A stretch of DNA of 64,000 nt from assembly GCA_017625915.1 (NCBI GenBank), contig JAGAJV010000038.1:5471-69470 (forward strand). The letters are read 5' to 3'. The translations under genes were made by a program, and so were the position numbers. Within the stretch, counting starts at the first letter, position 1; each line of letters begins with the position of its first letter. The notes beneath the pieces are model-generated. The model saw only the letters and a list, made by a program, of their open reading frames with translations, was not told the origin of the DNA and searched no databases. The stretch is from Clostridia bacterium. GTDB lineage: Bacteria > Bacillota > Clostridia > Oscillospirales > CAG-272. This document shows, piece after piece, positions 20,106 through 28,065 of the stretch.

Positions 20106-21242
20106 GTGTCTAATATAATTGATTATATTAAATGGCGCGGAGATATTAGCTTTGATGTCGATCCATTTAATGAAATAGATGCTCTGATTTTTTCTGAGCT
20201 AACATATATTCCTTTTGAATTAATATTGAACGATAGCGAAAAAGGAGAATCACTAAACAATTTAGCAACGAAATTTTTTTCAAAATTTGACAAAGATATT
20301 AAAATGGGTGCGATTATTCCAGAAGATAAAATAAAGGAAACGTTCAATTTGGTATCTACATCTAAAAGATTTAAAGATGTAACATTGAAGCACTATTTAA
20401 ATATCTTTTCCAAGGAAGAAGAAAAGCAATTTTGTGGAATGTGCTTTGTAATAAATAAGGATTATGCATGCATTTCCTATAGAGGAACGGACGACACACT
20501 AGTAGGCTGGAAGGAGGACTTTAATATGTCCTTCAATACACCTATACCAGCACAGCTTGAGGCAGTTAAGCATTTAAACACAATAGGAGCAAAGTCAAGA
20601 AAAAAACTATATGTATGTGGACATTCTAAGGGAGGAAATTTAGCCTCATATGCAGCTTTATTTGCAGATGCCAGGGTTAAGAAAAAAATAGTAAATGTTT
20701 TTAGTTTTGATGGCCCCGGCTTTAGAGCAGAATTTCTTGAAAGTATTAATGACGAAGAAACAAAGGCTAAAACTATTAAGTTTTTGCCACGGAGCTCGAT
20801 AATAGGTATGATTTATGATCCCGTTGGCACTTGCGTGTATTTAAAAAGCCTTGGAAAAGGTATGTATCAGCATGATGCATTTAATTGGCAGGTTTTAAGC
20901 AATAAATTCGAGCTAGTAGAGGGGCCTGATAAAACATCCTTAGATGTGCATAATTTATTAAATAAATGGACCGCTTCTATGTCCAAGGAGGAAAGAGTGG
21001 AGTTTGTCGAGGCACTTTATAAGCTAGTTACTGTAAACGACACAGCTACACTATCTGATATCGCATCTGATAAATTTAAATTTATACTAGGGATTATTAA
21101 GTCTGATGGAAGTACAAAAAAGGTCTTCTTATCAGCAATAAATAGATTAATAAAGGAAAAATATTTCAAAAAGGAAGAAAAAAAGAGTAAAGCCTCAAAG
21201 AAGGATACGTCTACGGTTAAAAATGAAACAAGCCACGATTAA
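20106..21242 (+). CDS. Mbeg1-like (DUF2974) alpha/beta hydrolase-fold protein
   Basis: IIDYIKWRGDISF...SELTYIPFE N-terminus, GHSKGGNLA nucleophile elbow. I prefer GTG 20106 after AAAGGAGA over track ATG 20076. Confidence 0.7.
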   Translation: MSNIIDYIKWRGDISFDVDPFNEIDALIFSELTYIPFELILNDSEKGESLNNLATKFFSKFDKDIKMGAIIPEDKIKETFNLVSTSKRFKDVTLKHYLNIFSKEEEKQFCGMCFVINKDYACISYRGTDDTLVGWKEDFNMSFNTPIPAQLEAVKHLNTIGAKSRKKLYVCGHSKGGNLASYAALFADARVKKKIVNVFSFDGPGFRAEFLESINDEETKAKTIKFLPRSSIIGMIYDPVGTCVYLKSLGKGMYQHDAFNWQVLSNKFELVEGPDKTSLDVHNLLNKWTASMSKEERVEFVEALYKLVTVNDTATLSDIASDKFKFILGIIKSDGSTKKVFLSAINRLIKEKYFKKEEKKSKASKKDTSTVKNETSHD

Positions 21243-21251
21243 TCGTGGCTT
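21230..21251. terminator. Perfect 22-nt palindrome spanning both stop codons of a convergent gene pair
   Basis: AAGCCACGATTAATCGTGGCTT; the central TTAA gives TAA on each strand; TTTT follows on the plus strand. Confidence 0.5.
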
Positions 21252-22066
21252 TTAATATGCTCATTTATATATGCAAGAGTTGATTCTAATTTTAAAATAT
21301 CCGGCTCATTTTCTGCAAAAACAGGGGACTCTAGAGTAAAAGATCTATTATATCCCATATTCTTAAGCTTTTTAAACACAAATTCGAAATCTATAACTCC
21401 CTCGCAAGGATGTAAAATTGGACGGATTTTTGAAAAATTTCTCGGATATGAGGAATAATCACTTATGTGAATATGTTTAATATGCTTCCAAATAGGCTCG
21501 ATGAATATTTCTGCCATTTCTCCATGAAATGCACCGAAGCGAGTATCAAAAACAAAGCCAATATCTGGCAAATAACCATAAAGCTTGCGCCAAACTGACA
21601 GCCCCGAGCTTACTGTGCAAGGAATATTTTCAATGAGTAATTCTATGTCGTATTTCTTAAAGGTATCTATAATTTTAGGCAAAAAGGATATGTTATATTC
21701 AATATGGCTATCACTTTTTATGCCACCCCATAAATGAAAAACGCCCTTTTTAGCGCCAATTCTTTTAGCAAAGCTACAGTTTATTTCTAATAGCTTCATT
21801 GCCTTTTTTGATATACTATCGTCACATTCAGAAAGCATAATACCAATTTCCTTGTCGAAATGCATTATATCAAACGGAATATGGCTTTTTGAAATTTCAT
21901 TATAAATATCGTCTAATTTATCATAAAATGAATGAGAAAACATAAATTCTACGCCATAAATTAAACCTTTATTTATAAGTGGTGGAAAATACTTAGTTAT
22001 TAATGTATAGTCATTATTATTTATTTTCCCTACCATAACCCCAGAAGAGCAATAGATTTTATTCAT
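21239..22066 (-). CDS. Xylose isomerase-like TIM-barrel protein (sugar phosphate isomerase/epimerase / AP-endonuclease-2 fold)
   Basis: FHLWGG, LLIENIP and HIHISD motifs typical of the AP_endonuc_2 TIM-barrel fold; SD GAGGTG. Confidence 0.65.
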   Translation of the reverse strand: MNKIYCSSGVMVGKINNNDYTLITKYFPPLINKGLIYGVEFMFSHSFYDKLDDIYNEISKSHIPFDIMHFDKEIGIMLSECDDSISKKAMKLLEINCSFAKRIGAKKGVFHLWGGIKSDSHIEYNISFLPKIIDTFKKYDIELLIENIPCTVSSGLSVWRKLYGYLPDIGFVFDTRFGAFHGEMAEIFIEPIWKHIKHIHISDYSSYPRNFSKIRPILHPCEGVIDFEFVFKKLKNMGYNRSFTLESPVFAENEPDILKLESTLAYINEHIKSHD

Positions 22067-22183
22067 AAAATCACCTCAGTAGGATTTTAACACAACATTT
22101 TAAATAAATCAATATAAAAAGTCTTTTCAAATATTAAAATTTATGTTAATATAATATAAATAACCTTTTTTAGGAGTATAAAA

Positions 22184-23779
22184 ATGGAAATTAGTTTAAT
22201 TTATCCTTCAAATGAGCACTATCTAAAGCATATTGAAGGGATTGACAATCCAAATATATCAAATGAGGTTTTAGATGAGCTTGGATTAAATTCAATTATC
22301 GACCTTCGTTCTAGCCGTCTTTGCGATTTCTTTACTATGGACAAGGATGTTATTGAATATCGTCAAGAGGTTTTTGGCGATATGATAAGCAATCCTGAGC
22401 TTAGTAATGTTTTAATAAAGCTCAATCCTATTTTGTCTGATATAGCTGAATTAAGAAGGCTATCAAACGATGCAGATGATAGTGATTCGTACTTATATAG
22501 TATTACAGAAATAGAGCTATATATGTCTTGTATGGAGCTTTTGTCAAATGAACTATCACCTCTTAAGCCAAAGTTAAGCAGTAAGGCTTTTATAGGGCTC
22601 GTCGACAAGGTTAAGGAACTTACAGAGAGCAAATATTATATCGACTTAAATAATCGCTTAAAGGAACTCACATCTCGTGTAAGAGAGGTGAAAAGTGTTA
22701 CCATCGGTGTAAATCTCGATGCTAGACTTCGCCCTGAAAATGCGGGGGTATTAAGTGTTAATAACGAGAAATTCAAATCTGGAGATTTATTACAAAAAAT
22801 CTTAAGACTTGATTTCAAAACTGATGAATATACATGCATAGCGAGTTTGCAACCATTCAATAAAAGCAATAACGAAAACCAACAGAATGCTTTAAATTAT
22901 GCATTTAACAACGCCCTAAATACAGTTTTTAAATCCTCTATGCGCTCTTGGAAAAGAGTAGTACAAGCATATGTTCTTGAGAATGCTGACTTTTTAATCA
23001 AGCTTCTTCCTGAAATAGAGTTTTTAGTAAAGGCAACTGAGCTTGTAAACAGCCTAAAGAATGCTGGAAACGCGTTGTGCTTTCCTAAAATATTGCCTAT
23101 GGAAAATAAAGGCTTTGATGTAAAGGGTATTTATAATCCTGTGGTTGCGGTAAAACTAAATGAGAAAATGATTGAAAACGATTTTTCATTTGATGAAAGC
23201 GGCACATTTTATGTTCTATCTGGGCCAAACAGAGGCGGTAAATCTGTTATATCTTGTGCAGTGGGATTAACCTTTGCTCTAGCACAATTAGGCATTGTTG
23301 TTCCGGCTAGAAAGGCGGTAATTAGTCCTGTTGATGCGATTTTTACTCATTTTCCAACAGGAAGCGAGGACACAATTGATAAAGGCCGACTTGGCGAGGA
23401 GTGCGCAAGATTAGACGAAATATTTGATAATATTACAGAGAATAGTCTAGTTATACTTGACGAAACACTATCCTCAACTGGCTCCTTTGAAGCATCTTAT
23501 ATTGCTTCTGAGGTTATTTGTGGTTTTTCTATGGTAAAATGTAGAGGAATTTTTTCAACTCACCTTCATGAGCTTACATCAATGTTAGATGAGATTAATG
23601 AAAAATGCATTTCAGATGGTGGTGCAAGAATTGACACGCTAGTCGCTGGAATGGAAGAGGGCGAAAGAAGCTTTAAAATTACTCGCAAAAAGCCTGATGG
23701 AAGAAGCTATGCTAGGGATATTGCAAGCAAATATGGCATATCTTTAGACAGTATTATGAAAAAAATTTCAAAAAAATAA
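22184..23779 (+). CDS. MutS-related ATPase (MutS domain V only; no mismatch-binding or Smr domain seen)
   Basis: GPNRGGKSV Walker A, VILDETLSSTG Walker B, STHLHEL motif, ~530 aa with a helical N-terminal region. Confidence 0.75.
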   Translation: MEISLIYPSNEHYLKHIEGIDNPNISNEVLDELGLNSIIDLRSSRLCDFFTMDKDVIEYRQEVFGDMISNPELSNVLIKLNPILSDIAELRRLSNDADDSDSYLYSITEIELYMSCMELLSNELSPLKPKLSSKAFIGLVDKVKELTESKYYIDLNNRLKELTSRVREVKSVTIGVNLDARLRPENAGVLSVNNEKFKSGDLLQKILRLDFKTDEYTCIASLQPFNKSNNENQQNALNYAFNNALNTVFKSSMRSWKRVVQAYVLENADFLIKLLPEIEFLVKATELVNSLKNAGNALCFPKILPMENKGFDVKGIYNPVVAVKLNEKMIENDFSFDESGTFYVLSGPNRGGKSVISCAVGLTFALAQLGIVVPARKAVISPVDAIFTHFPTGSEDTIDKGRLGEECARLDEIFDNITENSLVILDETLSSTGSFEASYIASEVICGFSMVKCRGIFSTHLHELTSMLDEINEKCISDGGARIDTLVAGMEEGERSFKITRKKPDGRSYARDIASKYGISLDSIMKKISKK

Positions 23780-23880
23780 AAATTTTTGAAATTTACTATT
23801 GCAATTAAAAAAAGTCTGTGTTATAATACATAGCGTGAATTTTAGTAGTTTAGTTTTTCTACTTAAACGGAGGTGTTAAA

Positions 23881-24066
23881 ATGGCTAAATGTTCAGTATG
23901 CGGAAAGGGCGTATCATTCGGACACAATGTATCCCACTCAAACCGTAAAACAAACAGAACTTGGAAACCAAACATCAGAAAAGTAAAAGCTGTTGTTGAT
24001 GGTTCTAATAAGACAGTTAACGTATGCTCACGTTGTCTTCGTTCTGGCAAGGTAGCTCGCGCTTAA
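23881..24066 (+). CDS. rpmB: 50S ribosomal protein L28
   Basis: MAKCSVCGKGVSFGHNVSHSNRKTNRTWKPNI...; 61 aa; SD GGAGGTG. Confidence 0.93.
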   Translation: MAKCSVCGKGVSFGHNVSHSNRKTNRTWKPNIRKVKAVVDGSNKTVNVCSRCLRSGKVARA

Positions 24067-24078
24067 TCAATCGAAAAT

Positions 24079-24106
24079 TAAACACCGTTTTTACGGTGTT
24101 TTTTTC
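24079..24106 (+). terminator. Intrinsic terminator after rpmB
   Basis: AACACCGT-tttt-ACGGTGTT followed by TTTTT. Confidence 0.8.
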
Positions 24107-24120
24107 ATTTTGGAGGAATT

Positions 24121-24816
24121 ATGATTGCTGTATTAAGTAGCTTGATTAGCAAAAAATTTGAACAATTTACAGGAATAAGAGCTTTACCTTTAAAGCCTTT
24201 CTCTAAGCTAGATTTACCCGTTTCAACTCATGCTGATATGTTATTGTGTGTTTTAGATAATAGAGTTTTTTGCTATAAAGATTATTTTTTTGATAATGTA
24301 AGCTTATTTGAGGGGCTAATGCAAAAAAATTATCAAATAACAATCATAGATAAGGATTGTAAGAAAAAATATCCAAACGACATTGCTCTAAATGTATTAG
24401 TTATTGGGAAAACGCTATTTTGTAACGAAAAATATACTGCCAATGAAATCCTTACTTATGCCAAAGATAGAGAATATAAGATTATAAATGTAAAGCAAGG
24501 ATATTCGGCTTGTTCAACATTTGTGATTGATAAAAAACATGCCATTACTGCTGATATGGGAATGAAAAGAGCATTAGAAAAAGAAAATATTGATGTAACT
24601 CTAATTTCAAATGAAGGAATAAAACTAGATGGCTATAATTATGGATTTATTGGTGGAAGTGGTGTAATTATTGATGATACAGCATATTTTTTTGGTAATA
24701 TAAAAACACATCCGGATTTTGAAAAAATCAGAAAAGCTCTTGACAATAAAAATATTAAAATTTTTAGCATATTACCAAATGATGTGTACGATTTTGGTGG
24801 CATAAAGTTGTTTTGA
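24121..24816 (+). CDS. Conserved-looking hypothetical protein (231 aa, soluble)
   Basis: Good SD (GGAGGAA). No motif I can assign with confidence (STHADM, GFIGGSG segments). Confidence 0.6.
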   Translation: MIAVLSSLISKKFEQFTGIRALPLKPFSKLDLPVSTHADMLLCVLDNRVFCYKDYFFDNVSLFEGLMQKNYQITIIDKDCKKKYPNDIALNVLVIGKTLFCNEKYTANEILTYAKDREYKIINVKQGYSACSTFVIDKKHAITADMGMKRALEKENIDVTLISNEGIKLDGYNYGFIGGSGVIIDDTAYFFGNIKTHPDFEKIRKALDNKNIKIFSILPNDVYDFGGIKLF

Positions 24817-24852
24817 ATGTATATTTGATAAGTAAAATACGAACAATATTTT

Positions 24853-24872
24853 AAACGAAATATATTTCGTTT
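24853..24872. promoter_or_regulatory. Perfect 20-nt palindrome AAACGAAATATATTTCGTTT
   Basis: All 10 pairs are complementary. It lies 37 nt after the stop of 24121..24816 and 17 nt before the micro-ORF start. It could be a weak terminator, a 5' stem-loop or an operator. Confidence 0.4.
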
Positions 24873-24888
24873 AGAAGGGAAATGTAAT

Positions 24889-25026
24889 ATGAATAATTAT
24901 CAAAACAAAAACCAAAACAATCAAAATAATCAAAATAATCAAAACCAAAATAAGCAAAATAATCAAAACCAAAATAAGCAAAATAATCAAAACCAAAATA
25001 ATCAAAACCAAAACAAAAATAGATAA
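24889..25026 (+). CDS. Micro-ORF encoding a 45-aa Asn/Gln-rich peptide (MNNYQNKNQNNQNNQNNQNQNKQNNQNQNKQNNQNQNNQNQNKNR)
   Basis: Not in the track (under 60 aa). SD GAAGGGA ends 8-9 nt before ATG 24889. TAA at 25024-25026. Composition 24 N, 14 Q, 4 K, plus M, Y, R. A strong terminator begins 14 nt after the stop. Confidence 0.5.
   Translation: MNNYQNKNQNNQNNQNNQNQNKQNNQNQNKQNNQNQNNQNQNKNR
24931..25002 (+). repeat. Three tandem copies of a 24-nt unit (CAAAATAATCAAAACCAAAATAAG), in frame
   Basis: Copies at 24931-24954 and 24955-24978 are identical; 24979-25002 has one G-to-T change. Each encodes QNNQNQN(K/N). A 9-nt CAAAATAAT sub-repeat precedes them. Confidence 0.9.
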
Positions 25027-25039
25027 AGGAAATCCTGAA

Positions 25040-25077
25040 AATACCCGTCGAGTATCTAAATTTGACGGGTATTTTTA
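25040..25077 (+). terminator. Intrinsic terminator after the N/Q micro-ORF
   Basis: AATACCCGTC...GACGGGTATT 10-bp stem followed by TTTT. Confidence 0.8.
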
Positions 25078-25097
25078 TTAAATATTTTAAAAAACAC

Positions 25098-25126
25098 TTG
25101 GCAAAGCCTAAAATATGTGCTATACT
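25098..25126 (+). promoter_or_regulatory. cdaA promoter
   Basis: TTGGCA (25098-25103), 17-nt spacer ending in TGC, TATACT (25121-25126). Confidence 0.55.
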
Positions 25127-25162
25127 ATTATATAATATTAAAATAATTATTAGGAGAATTAT

Positions 25163-26020
25163 ATGGAGTGGATAAGTGAAAGATTCAATCACTTTTTAAC
25201 ATACTTTACAATGATTAGTATAATCGATGTAATTGATATAATTTGCCTAGCTATAGTTTTATATATAGCATATCGCTTTGTAAAAGAAAGACGAGCTGGT
25301 AAGTTAGTGCTGGGTATTTTGTTTTTAGTAGTATTTTTATTTGTATGTCAACTTTTATCGCTAAAAGCTATGAAGTTTATTTTAACAAGCATTTTTGAGG
25401 TGGGAATAGTATTAATAGTAATTGTTTTCCAACCAGAATTAAGAGCTGCACTTGAAAAAATGGGTGATAATTCCATTAAAGGTGTTAAAAGCATAGGCGA
25501 GAGAAAAAATAATACACAAACTCTTGCAATGATAGATGAGGTTTCAAATGCAATTTTTGACCTTGCAAAATCAAAAACAGGTGCAATAATCGTGTTTGAA
25601 AGAAATACAAAGCTTGGCGATCTTATTTTGACAGGTACAGTTATTAATGCACAGGTTAGTACGTTTTTGATTAAAAACATATTCTTTAATAAAGCGCCTC
25701 TACACGACGGGGCTGTAATAGTTAGAGATAATAGATTATATTCAGCTGGTTGCCTATTGCCTCTTTCAGTAAATCCTGATATTATTAAGGATTTAGGTAC
25801 TAGACACCGCGCAGCAATTGGTGTTAGTGAAAACAGCGACTGCGTAGCAGTAGTTGTATCTGAGGAAACAGGTATAGTTTCCATAGCTCATGAGGGACAT
25901 ATCTATAGAAATTTTACAAGAGCAACGATGAAAAAGCGACTAGAAGAATTTTTAATAAACAATACATCTGAGCAAAAGAAGAAAAACAACTCAAAAATCA
26001 AAGTAAAGTCAAAGAATTAA
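25163..26020 (+). CDS. cdaA: Diadenylate cyclase CdaA
   Basis: Three N-terminal TM helices; DAC domain with LHDGAVIV (DGA) and GTRHRAAIG (RHR) motifs. Confidence 0.92.
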   Translation: MEWISERFNHFLTYFTMISIIDVIDIICLAIVLYIAYRFVKERRAGKLVLGILFLVVFLFVCQLLSLKAMKFILTSIFEVGIVLIVIVFQPELRAALEKMGDNSIKGVKSIGERKNNTQTLAMIDEVSNAIFDLAKSKTGAIIVFERNTKLGDLILTGTVINAQVSTFLIKNIFFNKAPLHDGAVIVRDNRLYSAGCLLPLSVNPDIIKDLGTRHRAAIGVSENSDCVAVVVSEETGIVSIAHEGHIYRNFTRATMKKRLEEFLINNTSEQKKKNNSKIKVKSKN

Positions 26021-26029
26021 GGAGATATT

Positions 26030-26485
26030 ATGGATAAGTTTACAAAAACTACCGAGATAGATATTTCCGCTATGACCGAAATGGAGGATGAAACTCCTAA
26101 GAAAAGCAATGTCGGAAATGTAATAGCGTTTATAAGCTGTCTTATCTTTGCAATAGTTATATGGCTTTTTGTAATGGAAATTGATACATCTTTACAAGAA
26201 AGAGAATATAACGATATTTCAGTTGAAAAAATTGGTGATGCAGGCTACACTGTATCAGGAAATTTAAATGTTGATGTAGTTCTTAAGGGGATTAATAAAG
26301 AACTTGCCGATATAGACAAGGATGATATTCGCGTTGTTCTTGATTTTTCTAAAATCAAGAATATAGATGAAGTTGAAGGTAGAGAACAAGAGTATTCTGT
26401 TGATGTTATTTTACCTGACAATGCAGGAGAAAGTGTTCAAAGCCAAACCACGAATGTCAAAATAACAATTAATAAGGCATCATGA
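26030..26485 (+). CDS. Short YbbR-domain protein (CdaR-like, single domain)
   Basis: N-terminal TM then one YbbR-like beta repeat (VDVVLKG...IRVVLDFS...YSVDVILP...VKITI). Position directly after cdaA. Only 151 aa. Confidence 0.65.
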   Translation: MDKFTKTTEIDISAMTEMEDETPKKSNVGNVIAFISCLIFAIVIWLFVMEIDTSLQEREYNDISVEKIGDAGYTVSGNLNVDVVLKGINKELADIDKDDIRVVLDFSKIKNIDEVEGREQEYSVDVILPDNAGESVQSQTTNVKITINKAS

Positions 26486-28056
26486 GAATTATAGTCGAAC
26501 AAATTAAAACATCCGTTGATGTAGCGGATAATGAAATATTCGAAATTGCAAAGGCACGTATAAAGAAAACGCGTGCCTTTGTGCTTTTAAATAAGATGTA
26601 CATCTATAAACGTTCGATTGATGCACGACATAATGATTCCATTAAGTTTGTTTCATCTGTGTGTGCCGAGGTTGAGGTTAAGAAAAATTTACCTACTGCA
26701 TGCGAGCTTGCTAAATACGGAATTAAATATTTAGCATCCTCAGAAATCAATATAGAATTAAATAGCGAAAAACCACAGAATCCACCATTAGTTGTAGGAT
26801 TCGGACCTGCTGGAATGTTTTGCGCACTTATTCTTGCTAGGGCTGGCTTAAATCCGGTTGTAATCGAGCGTGGCGCTGATGTCGATACAAGAGTATCAAT
26901 TGTTGAGAGCTTTTACAAGAACAAGGTTCTTGATGTTAAAACTAACATTCAATTTGGTGCAGGAGGCGCTGGTACATTTTCTGATGGTAAGCTCACAACA
27001 GGAATTAACGATCCTAAATGTGCTTATGTATTAAAAACACTTTGCGAGTTTGGTGCACCACAGGATATTATGTATAAGGCAAAGCCACATATCGGTACCG
27101 ACCTTTTAAGAGGGGTTGTAAAAAATATCGCCGTAGAAATAGAAAAATTTGGTGGGAAAATTTATTACAACACATGCTTAAAAGAATTTGATAACGGCAT
27201 TGCTGTTACCAACAGTGGTAGCTTTAGCTACTCATCAATAATTCTTGCAATAGGGCATAGTGCTAGGGATACTTATGCCTATTTGCTGAATAAGGGAGTT
27301 GCTATTGAACCAAAGCCCTTTTCTGTTGGTGTTCGTATTGAGCATTTACAGAGTGATATAAATGAAGCATTATATGGTAAATATGCAAATGATGAAAGGC
27401 TTGGAGCAGCAAGCTATAATGTTTCGCATAGAGAGAATAATAGGGGTGTTTATTCCTTCTGTATGTGCCCGGGCGGAGAGGTGGTTTCTGCTCAAAGTGA
27501 AGATAATACTGTAGTTGTAAACGGTATGAGCACATATGCAAGAAACGGCAGAAATGCCAATGCAGCAATAGCTGTTCAGGTTAATAGAGAGGACTACGGT
27601 TCAACCCCATATAAGGCAATAGAATTCCAAAGAGAGCTAGAAATAAAGGCTTTTTTAGCGGCTGGCTCAAATTATAGAGCACCAGTACAAACATTAGGCG
27701 ATTTTTATAGCGAAAAATCTATAAATGAGCCGAAAAGAATTTTACCAACATATATGAATGGCTACACACAGGTATCTGATATAAATCAAATTTTGCCAAA
27801 GTTTGTGTGTGATTACTTAAAGCTAGGAATAGAAAAATTTGGAAATAAAATTAAAGGATTCAATGCAAGCGATGTTCCAATTACTGGTGTTGAAACTAGA
27901 ACATCAGCACCTATTCGTATTATGAGAAATGATAAATACACGCTTTTAGGAAGCGATAATGTATATCCTTGTGGAGAAGGGGCAGGATACGCAGGCGGAA
28001 TTATGAGTGCTGCCGTTGATGGAATAAATGTCGCATTAGCAATAATTCAAAAATAA
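26482..28056 (+). CDS. FAD-dependent oxidoreductase-like protein (COG2509 type)
   Basis: VVGFGPAGMFCALILARAG dinucleotide-binding motif, ~520 aa. ATGA overlap with the upstream stop. Confidence 0.7.
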   Translation: MRIIVEQIKTSVDVADNEIFEIAKARIKKTRAFVLLNKMYIYKRSIDARHNDSIKFVSSVCAEVEVKKNLPTACELAKYGIKYLASSEINIELNSEKPQNPPLVVGFGPAGMFCALILARAGLNPVVIERGADVDTRVSIVESFYKNKVLDVKTNIQFGAGGAGTFSDGKLTTGINDPKCAYVLKTLCEFGAPQDIMYKAKPHIGTDLLRGVVKNIAVEIEKFGGKIYYNTCLKEFDNGIAVTNSGSFSYSSIILAIGHSARDTYAYLLNKGVAIEPKPFSVGVRIEHLQSDINEALYGKYANDERLGAASYNVSHRENNRGVYSFCMCPGGEVVSAQSEDNTVVVNGMSTYARNGRNANAAIAVQVNREDYGSTPYKAIEFQRELEIKAFLAAGSNYRAPVQTLGDFYSEKSINEPKRILPTYMNGYTQVSDINQILPKFVCDYLKLGIEKFGNKIKGFNASDVPITGVETRTSAPIRIMRNDKYTLLGSDNVYPCGEGAGYAGGIMSAAVDGINVALAIIQK

Positions 28057-28065
28057 GGAAAATTA

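Noticed and set aside
24931-25002. Short direct repeats as a possible CRISPR array or minisatellite
   Set aside because: The repeats are contiguous with no spacers, only three 24-nt copies are present, they lie in frame inside an ORF, and there are no cas genes nearby.
24889-25162. N/Q micro-ORF as an Asn/Gln-sensing leader peptide that attenuates transcription into cdaA
   Set aside because: - No antiterminator alternative can form, because the ORF has almost no G.
- The stop codon is far enough from the hairpin (14 nt) that a terminating ribosome would barely touch it.
- cdaA has its own good promoter (25098-25126) after the terminator.

I keep this only as a remote possibility.
24851-25192. 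113-aa minus-strand track ORF with FGFDYF repeats
   Set aside because: It is the antisense mirror of the plus-strand CAA/AAT repeat. It would start inside cdaA, run through the cdaA promoter and a strong terminator hairpin, and has no SD. The plus-strand 45-codon ORF, with its SD and terminator, is the more coherent reading.
25348-25884. 178-aa minus-strand ORF inside cdaA
   Set aside because: It is antisense to the DAC domain coding region, with no SD or promoter, and has shadow-ORF composition.
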